From the human T2T-CHM13v2.0 reference genome, Homo sapiens: 64,000 nucleotides of DNA. The stretch lies in NCBI RefSeq assembly GCF_009914755.1, contig NC_060941.1; one strand, written 5' to 3'. Shown here piece after piece: positions 19,591-39,854 of this stretch (position 1 is the stretch's first letter; every line of letters begins with the position of its first letter). Both the position numbers and the translations under genes were made by a program. The notes beneath the pieces were generated by a model. The model made no database searches. It was not told the origin of the DNA and saw only the letters and a program-made list of their open reading frames with translations.

Positions 19591-20817
19591 GTGAGCTCTT
19601 GCCCTGCCCTGCGGCATCCCTGCTGCCCTCTGTTTGGTCCCCTTCCTGCCAGCCTGGCAGACGCAAGCCTGGCAGATGTGAATGAGGCCAGTGCCTCCAC
19701 TGCCCCTGCCCTCCAGGGTGGGCCTGGGGAAGAGCTTGGGGTTCCCAGATGCCTCTTCTCTGTGTACCCCCAGACCACCAGCACGCATAGCATTTTCTTC
19801 TTGAAGGGACTGTATTCTGTGGGGGCCTGTGTGCTAAATCAGCCCCCACTCTCTCTGACTGTTGTTCTTTTTTCTGGATATCGTGGGTATCGGTGAAGAC
19901 TGCATGTCTCATCTTAGCACAAAGGTCAAAACTGGGGGGCGGGGAGCACCTGGCCTCCCCTGGTCTGCGCCTGGGTGCTGACATTGCAGTCATTTCCGCC
20001 CTTCCTTGGCCTCCTCCCCCACATCAGCCTGCTCTTCCTTCCTGTGTAAAAACCCCAGCCAGCTTCACCCGCCAGCCCTGCACCCCCTGGCTCACACCCC
20101 CCGCCTCCCTGATGGTCAGTGGCATCTGGCTGTGGCAGGGGTGGGCATGGAGAGTGGGCAGGGGATCAACTGTCCCCAGCATCGTGTGCCCTCCATGGCA
20201 CCTGTGGCCAGAGAACAGGCCTCAGTTTCCTGCTTGGCAGAGCCACAGGCAAGCAGCCTGTGTGGCTTTAGGCATGCGGGGGCAGGGCACTGCGGTGAGC
20301 AGCAACCATGGGGGATGCGCACACAGAACTGCAGGGGCTGCCCAGCCAGCCTGGCCTAGGAGGTCCTGCCAGGGAGGGTTTAGGCAGGCAGCTGTCTTCG
20401 TGTCTGGAACAGGAAGGGATCAGTGAGCTGCCCATTGTTGCTCTGGGCTGAGGAACTGGGGATAGAGATTGCCGGGGGAGCCTGGCTTTCCGGTGGTCTC
20501 AGCACCCACTCCCTGGGCTCCACATCCCTTCCTACCCTCCACCTGGCCACCTCAGCAGGGCGCTCCTTTAAGAGCTTGGCTGGGCCGTGCATAGAGTGGG
20601 CTGCAGTGGTGGGTCAGGTGGATTTCAGAAGCGCAGGCAGCCCACAGACAGCAGAACCAGCCATGCCCAAAATGGTGGCTTTCAAACTCTGACTTCAGCC
20701 TACAGTAAAATATACATTGTACGTCTTGACCCATCTGACAGGCATACATTTATGTAGAGGGAAAACAGAATGGAAGCTTTCATGAATGAGTACTTCCTAC
20801 TTAGAGGGCGTTCAGAT

Positions 20818-27650
<6,833 letters not shown>

Positions 27651-30435
27651 GGAAATGAGTAATGCATGTAAGGGCACCCAAAAAAAGACCCTAGCTGGTG
27701 AGCTGATGATTCCACCCAGAGCCTGCTGTTCCCTCGTTCACTGTGATGTATAATCATGTGAGGAGCACCGTATGGAGAGTCAGACTTTTATTTTCCACCA
27801 CAGTTGGGAGAGCAGGGGGGTCAGAAAACAGAACATCAGCTAGCAGAGCTTTGTCATGGACCCTAACTTGTCATCCTGGAGTCCCAGCTAGTAGGGTCCT
27901 GGCTGAGTCGGGAGGGTCCTTAGGCCTGGACCCCTGAACCCACATGTACTTGGACCTCATGGGCACAGGTAGAGTGTGGCCTGTGTCCACAGAGGCCCAG
28001 GACAGCTTCCAGGCTGGGGGCTGTGCTGACATGTCTGGGCTTAGGGCGCTCCTCACTCAGGGCTCTCTGAAGGCCAGAACTTTGCAGAGCTTGGAGCAGG
28101 GATGAGCCAGGCCCTTGGAAGCTGGGAAATGTTTCCTTGCCTTCTGAATGTGCTAACATCCCCCTCATGTGCCTATTTGCTTAACAAACCAGTAGGTGGG
28201 TCAGGAAAGTAATAACACAATTTCCTCATTTGCTGGCGAGGGGAAGGAGAGGAAGCTGAGGGTTTGGAAATTTTATCCAAGTGGGCCCAGGCTGGAAGGA
28301 GCTGAGCCTCACTTTTTCTCAGCCCATTTAGCCGCTCTGTGCCGCCTGTCCTGAGTTGCATGCCTGGTGTCCCTCTCTCTCGAGTTAGGGTGACTTTCTG
28401 ATTATCATTCTTGTTGAGAGTGAAAAGGGGTGCATTGAAATTTATCCCTGAGCAGCAGACATGAACTGGGACTTGGGCGTGTGGTCACCCTGCTCCACAC
28501 CTGTTCTCAGGAAAGGGCCTGTCTAGCTGTGATTTTGTCCTTGTGTCACCAGCCTTGGCTGTTACTGAGCAATGAAAGCTCTGCCTCGGGAAGTCATTTA
28601 ATTTCTGAGCCTCATGTTCCTCTTCTGGAAGATGGGAATGAAAGTGTGCGTGTCCGGCCCATTTTTTAGGGCAATGATTGTCAGGGTATGAAGAGCTTGG
28701 TCAAGCTGTGTGAAGAGCTGTACAGCTGCAGAGGTTGTTAACATTGATAGAGCCACCCAGGAAGGGTGTCCTGGGTTCAGGCAGCTACTCCTCCAGCCGT
28801 CGGGTCAGCCAGCCGTAACTTTAGATACACTTATCCATGTGTAATGACTTTTTAAGAAGCAAGATCAGTTTCCCCAGCCCTTTATGGGAATACCCATGTG
28901 TCCATACTTGCTTTCAGCTTAGAGTTTGCTCAGGTTCCTAGAGCTGGTCAGGGTTTGCAGGACCGCCTGGGAGCAGATGGTACCATGGCCTTATTTACAG
29001 ATGAGGAAACTGAGACCCAGAGGGGAAAGTGACTCCCAAGGTCATGTAGGTAAGCATACGGCTCCCCTAAGGATGAGGCATTGGTCTGGTGACAGTGCAG
29101 CCCATCATAAGGGACTGAGCCTGTGGGGTCCAGACCTGCTCTCCTCCCAGAGGAAAAGGCTCCCTGTCACCCCATCACTAATGCAGATAGCGTCATGTCC
29201 AGGGAAGCTGTCACACATTCATCTGGGCCCCCAACATCAAGGACACCTGTCCCTGCAGGCCCCCTGCTGGCACCTTCGGGGCCCAGGGCAGGCCCCTGTC
29301 CATTCCGTGTCTGCACTTCCCTCCCTGGTCACAGGTTCTCAGGGGCAGGCTCTTTTCCTTAGCAGAAAGGAAACAAGGGAAGCTGACCTTTCCCACCTCA
29401 GAACAAAAGTTGGAAGGGCAGGTGCCTCGTGAGCCTGGAGGCCTCAGGAGGGGTGTCCCCTTCCCTTGTGCCCTCCCCGCCACCAACACCAGTGGACAGG
29501 GGTCACTAAGAGAGTGGGGCTCGGGAGACTCACCTTCTGCGCTGGGTCTGTGAGAACATCACCTGGAGTGCCCCTCCCAGCGGATGCTGGGGTCGGTTGG
29601 ATTTTCAGCCTGGCCAGGGTTGGCTGCCTCACCTCAGGAACAGGCTTAGCCTGTGCTGCCACGTGGGTGCCGGTCCTTGCTCTGGCCTGAAGGGAGGGGG
29701 CCGGGAAAGGAGGGACTGATCCTGACCCAAACCCCTAAGTAAACTGCCCTCTGCGTCCAGACTGGACTCCCCCCAGACTCTGTCCAGGCCCTTACCACTG
29801 CCCTCCCTGTGCCCCCAGCCCGGGCTGCAGGAACTATTGGCTGTTCAGCCAGCAGGAGCAGCAACCATGCAGGTGTTTCCAGCTGTTAACGTGTAAGCCC
29901 TGCCTGGCCACGTGCTTGCTCTTGCCTTTTGTGCACAGCCAGTGCCAAGGGGGAGAGGAGGCAGCAGAGACGTTGTGCGGAGGGGATGCCCAAAGGGGAC
30001 TGCCCAGGCTGGGACAGCCCTGATGGGGCAGGGGCGTTCCAGGAAACAGCAGGTTTTGCCTCTCCTCCTCTTCCCACCCCACTACTCCCACCCCATTTTC
30101 CCGGATCAGGAAAAGGCAGGCCAGCATTCTAGGGAACAGGAAGTGAAGTTGGCTTCCAGCTAGGTGCCTGCCAGGGCCTGGAGGAAATTCCTGCAGGCCT
30201 GAGCCCGTCTGGGAAGGACCAGTTTCTCTCCTTGTCCTGGTGTCCTGCTTTCTGAGTTTCCCCTGAGGGTGGGGGAGAGCTGTCACTCTCTTCACTCTAT
30301 GTCCCGCTTCCTCCCCCATCCTCATGGAGCACTCAAACCCTGAACCCTCACACCTTTCTATGGTTGTACCCGTCCCCACCAGTTTCCTCTCTGGAAAGTG
30401 AAGAGGAGGCTGGGCACGGTGGCTCACGGCTGTAA

Positions 30436-30525
<90 letters not shown>

Positions 30526-30847
30526 TAAAAATACAAAAATTAGCCGGGCGTGGTGGCAGTTGCCTATAATCCCAGCTACTCAGGAGGCTGAGGCAGGAGC
30601 ATCACTTGAACCCGGGAGGCAGAGGGTGCAGTAAGCCGAGACTGTGTCACTGCACTCCAGCCTGGGCGACAGAGCGAGACTCCATCTCAAAAAAAAAAAA
30701 GAAAGAAAAGTGAAGAGGATAGAGCCCACTAGGGGTCATCAAGGTGTGGGACAGGCAGCATGTTCCTACAGGAAGAAAACTCTAACTCCTGGTTCTGGTT
30801 CTTTTTCATCTCATTCATTCATTCATTCATTCATTCATTTGTTTTGA

Positions 30848-30985
<138 letters not shown>

Positions 30986-31289
30986 TGATTAAGTTTTGTA
31001 TTTTCAGTAGAGACAGGGTTTCACTGTGTTGGCCAGGCTAGTCTTGAACTCCTGACTTCAAGCAATCTGCCAACCTCGACCTCCCAAAGTGCTGGGATTA
31101 AAGGTGTGAGCCACCGCACCTGGCCATCTCATACTTTCACAATTCATTCTTTGGTGCAAGTTTTACAATATACATTCTATATTTGTCAAGTGATAACTTC
31201 CATGTAACTTATAAAATACACATAATTCAGGAAGATTGTGCTAAAATACATTTAACCAATAGGAGTATGCCGTCAGAATATTTTGGCAA

Positions 31290-31637
31290 ACAAGGGTCAC
31301 TAAGTTTTTTCTGTAAAGGGCCAGGTAGGAGGTATCTCAGGCTTTGTGGCCATATGGCCTCTGTGGCAGCAGCTCAGTTCTGCAGTTCTGCCATGAAAGC
31401 AGCCACAGATAAGAGGTAATTGAGTGGGTGTGGCTGTGTTCCAATAAAACTTTATTTCTGGAGGCTGAAATTTGAATTTCAGAGAAATTTCATGTGTCAT
31501 GAAATATTATTCCTCTTTTGGTTCTTCTTCCCCCCCTCCACCGCCCCCTGCCAAGCATTAAAGAATGTGGAACCCGTTCTTAGCAGCCGGCTGTGGGCTG
31601 GATTTGGTCCATGGACCATAGATTCCCAGCTTCTGCT
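31290..31637. mobile_element. MER58-like hAT-Charlie element
   Basis: ttttttctgtaaagggccag ... ggctgtgttccaataaaactttattt ... ggctggatttgg. Confidence 0.75.
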
Positions 31638-31768
31638 CTAGACCACCCGTTCTCAGACTTGAAGCCTGCTTCAGACTTACCTGGAGAGCTTTTTTCCAAA
31701 ATGCATATTCCAGAACCCCAGCCCTGATTTTGTAGATTTTCTGGAAGGCCCCAGAACCCGCATTCTAA

Positions 31769-32170
<402 letters not shown>

Positions 32171-32836
32171 TGAGGCCTGGGGTGTGCAGTGCTGTGGGAG
32201 ACCCCTGCATCAGAATAACTGGCTCCTTCACTACCTTCCAGGAGCTTCCATCCAGTGGGGGTGGGGGACACCACCCGCCAACAGCACAGCCCAGTCCCAG
32301 GTGCTATGGAAGCCCTGGGTTCAGCCTGGAGCCAGGGCCAGCGTCCCGAGGATGAGGTGCCGAGATGGACCTTGAAGGATGAGAGAAGCCTGGACTGCCC
32401 TTGAGTGGCGAGGGTGGGCTGCCTCCAGGTTGACCTTAATCCCTTCCCTCCCTACCACCATGTGTCCAGATGACCTTGGGCAGGTCCCTTAGCCTCTCTG
32501 GATATCGGGATATGACATTGACTACCTCAGAGACTTGTGGGGAGGATTCGGCGAGCTGATATGCATGAAGTGTATCAACTAGGGCTGCTGGCTGGTATCT
32601 CCTTCCCTTGTCTTCCCCCACCACCCCAGCCAGGGGACAGGGTGCTGCTGAGGGAGTGGGCTGGGAGAGTCACTTCTGGCCTTGTCTTAGGGATCTGAGA
32701 ACAGGGCATGGGCCCCGTGTCTGGGAGTGCCCTGGTGCCCTTCCTAGTGGGGTTGGGCGTGGTCAGTCTGGCCAGGGCTGGCTCCCTCCCCCATAAATAG
32801 GCTCACCTGGAGGTCTTTTCCCATTTGAGGCAATGA

Positions 32837-33244
<408 letters not shown>

Positions 33245-33420
33245 TGATATATGCGTGCCTGGGAATAGGGACCTTGACTTTTCCCCTGTCCCATATGGGC
33301 CCAGGGGCCGGTTCTGGGCTGGCCCAGGTGGGGCTAGAGCAGCTGGATCCAGGCACATGAGATGTGAAAGTGTGGGCCTTACGCCGCATGGAGCGGCTGG
33401 AGGAAGGAGAGAGGGAGCAA

Positions 33421-33592
33421 GGGTGCCGCAGGGTCAGATTGCCACAGGGCCAGGGTGCCACAGGGTCAGGGTAGGGCCAGGGTGCCATAGGGTCAGAGTA
33501 GGGCCAGGGTGCCACAGGGTCAGGGTAGGGCCAGGGTGCCGCTGGGCCAGGGTGCCGCAGGATCTGGTTGCCACAGGGTCAGGGTGCCGCAA
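33421..33592 (+). repeat. G-rich minisatellite, 27-bp unit GGGCCAGGGTGCCACAGGGTCAGGGTA x3 plus degenerate flanks
   Basis: Units at 33447-33473, 33474-33500, 33501-33527. Confidence 0.9.
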
Positions 33593-34733
33593 GCACAAGG
33601 AGTCACCCGTGATTCTCCAGGGTCTGGCTCTTGGGCTGAGATCCAGGAGACCTTGGCAGGCCTGTCTTTGGGAGTCTGGCACAGCCCCAGAAGGCCATCT
33701 GGACAGTTTTCAGACCTGAGAGGAGGAAAGGGCTTGTGTCTGGAGAAGGTGCCATGGGGGATGGGAGGTGGAGGAAGCCTGGGGCCAATCAGGATCTGGA
33801 TCTAGCAGGGAACACCGAGGCCGGTGTTCTCGTCCCACCATGGGACTCAGCCTGAAGAAGACAAGGTGAATGAACGACCATTTCTCTCTAACTCAGTTGG
33901 CTAAGAGGACTGAGCTGGCGCCGAGGCTCTGGACACAAATGGGCCAGTTGACCCTGAGGTTTCTTTCTGGTAGTGGAGGTGGGGCTTCCTCTGGCTGACC
34001 CTGCTTAGGTCTCTGATGGAGGTAGCAGGGGCTCTGGTTCCCCCAAACTGGCCAAGTCCTCCACCATAGCACCCAAGGGGTCTGGGCAGAGTGCAGCTTC
34101 CCTCCCCTCCCCAGCTTGGCTTGGTGGGCACCTGCCTCCCCTGCCCTCCTGACCTTGATGGCTAATGCAGCCAGCCCCAGGCAGGCACAGTCACAGCCCT
34201 CAAACAACATGAGGCCCAACTCAAGACTCCTGGGTGGTGGTGGTCAAGGTGGGGGACTCTGTAGCCAGTAGAGCACTGTGGGGGCAAGAGACTGACTTGA
34301 AGGCTTGGAGCCTCACATGCCCGCCTAGTGGGGTGGTCCTGAGGGATATGACTTCTTTGGGCCTCTCTGCTCATTTTTGGAACCTGACCCGAGAAGGAGC
34401 CCATCCAAGACAATGTCCCGCCCTCAGGGAGGGTCTGGCAGTTTTTATCCCTAAAGGCTGGGATTCTCAGCGGAGCATCCTAGGCTGTAGTACCCACGAC
34501 ATCTTGCACACAAGAGGTGGAATCGCCTGTTGATGAAGAGCAAGGCTCTGGAATCTGTGATCTTGGGCCACTCACTTCACTTATCAATCCCTTCGCTTCC
34601 TTCTTGCCTGTTACATGGGGTCTGCAATCTACCCCTCAGGGGCGCTGACGAGCTCACATGAGCCTGTGACATAAAACACCTAGCACGGCCCTGGCGCAGT
34701 AAGAGCTCAGGAAACGGGCTGCTGCTGTGGTTA

Positions 34734-35158
<425 letters not shown>

Positions 35159-35402
35159 TCATTGCATTCTCCAACAGTGTCTGAGGGAGACTGGTGTCTC
35201 ATTTTGCAGAGGTGAAAACTGAGGCTTGGCAAGATTAGGTAGCTTGTCCAAGGACACACAGCTGGTGCTTCCAGAGCGAGACCTGGCTTTCTGTACCCAA
35301 AGCTCTTGGGTAGTCTCTCCCATCCTGGGATCTTGAGGGTCACGGGAAGGAACTGGGTGGTTTGCAGTGGGACCCTTCACCTAGTGCCTTCTGACCTTGC
35401 AG

Positions 35403-35553
35403 ATAAAATACCATGAGGAGTTTGAGAAGAGCCGCATGGGCCCTAGCGGGGGCGAGGGCATGGAGCCAGAGCGTCGGGATTCACAGGACGGCAGCAGCTA
35501 CCGGCGGCCCCTGGAGCAGCAGCAGCCTCACCACATCCCGACCAGTGCCCCGG
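35403..35553 (+). CDS. LASP1: LASP1 coding exon (exon 5, 151 nt): end of repeat 2 and linker with RRDS (Ser146 PKA/PKG site)
   Basis: ctgaccttgcag| and G|gtgagt; [50 protein letters not shown](V). Confidence 0.98.
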
Positions 35554-35754
35554 GTGAGTGCAGGTCCTGTTGGTGCAGATGACCTGAGGCGAGGCCAGTG
35601 GGGTGGGGAGGAAGCCAGGAGAAGACAGACAGACAGATACACCTTCCGGAGCCTTGCTCTTAATCAACAGGCGATTATGCCTCTTGTGTGCAAGAGGGGA
35701 CCAGAGGACCTGAGGCCGGGCCAGCTGGGGTGGGGAGGAAGTCGGCGAGAGACA

Positions 35755-35792
<38 letters not shown>

Positions 35793-36118
35793 CACGCACG
35801 CATGCAGGCGAGGAAAAGACTGCTTCCCAAGACCCCAAGTTCCATTCTCATCCAGAATGAGGACGTGAGCACCAGGGTCAGGCCTGTACTGGGCCAAGAG
35901 GATTGAAAGGAGAGGCCCCCAGGTCATGGGGCTCAGAGCCCCTGCGTGGGATACAACACACAGGCAAATGTGCACACGTGGACATCAGCCTTTGAGCTGT
36001 GGGGCTTGAGCCAGGTTGGGGGCGGGGTGGAAGTGCATGGTATGGACTTCTCGGGAGCTCTGGGAGGGGCTGGGTTTGGCAGGACAGTTTCCAAGCCCTG
36101 TCTCCTCCCATCTTCCAG

Positions 36119-36222
36119 TTTACCAGCAGCCCCAGCAGCAGCCGGTGGCCCAGTCCTATGGTGGCTACAAGGAGCCTGCAGCCCCAGTCTCCATACAGCG
36201 CAGCGCCCCAGGTGGTGGCGGG
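36119..36222 (+). CDS. LASP1: LASP1 coding exon (exon 6, 104 nt): Q/P-rich linker including Tyr171
   Basis: tcccatcttccag| and GGG|gtgagt; (V)[34 protein letters not shown]; phase continues from exon 5. Confidence 0.98.
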
Positions 36223-37199
36223 GTGAGTAACCCTGGCCGGAGGGGAGAGGCCAGAGGCAGGGGGTCCTTCGGGAAGGCTTGGACACAGCTCATGGATTCT
36301 CCTGACCTTTGCACCCACCCTCTGTTGTGTGTGATGATAAGGATCTCAGCCTTGTGAGCAGAGAGGAAATTGGTTGGCGTAGTGGGCAGAGGCTGGCTGG
36401 GACTGGGGCCCTGCGTTCCAGCCCTGGTGTACCATGGGCAGGTTGCTCACCCTGCTTTGGGTGGGGTTTCCTTACCCCAGCTACCTGGGAACACACAAGG
36501 CAACTTTCTGCATGGGGCCTTCCAGCACTGGGCGCTGCTCTCCTCGCTTCATGAGGATGGCCCCCACATCCTTCAGCTCTCAGGCTGCCCCTGCCTCTGA
36601 GGGGCCTCCCCAGCCATGTCGTGTAAAGCGCATCACCCTGATGCTTTGCATCACTCGACTCCGCTGGCTGCCTTCAGAGCACTTTTTCCAACTAAAAAGA
36701 GCTCTTCGTGTTGGTCACCTTCTCTGTGTCCCCTGCTGGGCTGGGGACCCTGGCAGCGTCCGTCTGGTTCACCTACTCTGAGCCAGGCCTAGAGCAAGTG
36801 AATAAGCCCAGCAGGAATGGGGTGAGATCAGGCTTCCTGAGCCCTCAGAGCTGAAGTCCCGGCTCTGTAAGTCCTGCCACTCACTCCACCCATGGGTGCC
36901 GCTGAGCCACCCTTACCAAGCTCCTGGCAGGCTCAGCGCCTCCAGGCTGGGTGCCTGGGAATTCAAAGTAGCTCACGTAGGAGCAGAACAGATACTTAGA
37001 GAGATAAAATCGCCTGAGATAATGGCTGGCTGGAGTCTGATGCTCTGGGCACACAAACAAAGGGATGTTAGGACTGCCCAGGGCACTGTGGGCGCAAGAG
37101 TTAGTCTGAAGTATAAGGTTCCAGGCAGCCCAGCCAGTCCCTCCCTCCTCAATGGGTCTGTCCTGGATGTGTAGGGTCCATCTCTGAATATAAAGCCAC

Positions 37200-38350
<1,151 letters not shown>

Positions 38351-38754
38351 GTGTGACTTCTTATCCCATAGACCTGTTGGTTTCAAACTGTCCTGTGGAG
38401 CCTCAGAGACCAGTCAAGGGCAGTGAAGGTCAGGGGAGGTAGAATGTTGTCTATAGCTATAGGATTTATTTTTCTTTTTTTTTTCCTCTTTCTTTTTTTA
38501 AACTCCATCCTGGTAGTAGGTGGCGCTGTAGGTTTTTGTGTGCCTTACTGAACATTACCTAGATCTAGGGCTTAAGCGGCAGATTTTGGCTGAGGCTTGG
38601 AAGGTGGAACCTGATAGACTCGTCTTCTGTCCTCTGAAGATTTTTCTCCCAAGGAAAGATCTTTGTCCTGAACTTGGACAGGACTCATCATGGCTTCTAA
38701 AAGAAACTACTGGTGCTTATAATCATACAAATAATAGCATACAGGGCATGTTTT

Positions 38755-39355
<601 letters not shown>

Positions 39356-39680
39356 GCATGTCGTATTTTTAGACATTACTCTGTCATCATGGCTGGTGGA
39401 CCTTACTGCAGTCCTGTTCAGGGAGGTGGGGCAGAGCTGATGTGACCCGGTCCCTGCTCTGCCTCTGGCCCTTAGTAGCTGCCAAAGGTTGTAAAAGATC
39501 GATTGCTCTCAGAAAGCAAGACACAGAGGTTAAGAATCTTTGCAGCAGAGCCTGGTGCTCCATTTCTGAGTTCACTGCTCCCCCAGGCTCTGCTCCAGGG
39601 TCGTGGAGAGTTAGAAAAAAATGCTCAGACCCAGGTGAGCCGGCATGCAGGGCCCTAGGCTGACCACACTTCCCCCACAG

Positions 39681-39854
39681 AAGCGGTACCGCGCGGTGTA
39701 TGACTACAGCGCCGCCGACGAGGACGAGGTCTCCTTCCAGGACGGGGACACCATCGTCAACGTGCAGCAGATCGACGACGGCTGGATGTACGGGACGGTG
39801 GAGCGCACCGGCGACACGGGGATGCTGCCGGCCAACTACGTGGAGGCCATCTGA
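39681..39854 (+). CDS. LASP1: LASP1 terminal coding exon (exon 7): SH3 domain and stop
   Basis: ttcccccacag| acceptor; [57 protein letters not shown]; SH3 motifs AVYDY, GW, PANYV. Confidence 0.99.

Noticed and set aside
33421-33592. CRISPR-like repeat array
   Set aside because: Head-to-tail units with no unique spacers, in a human intron
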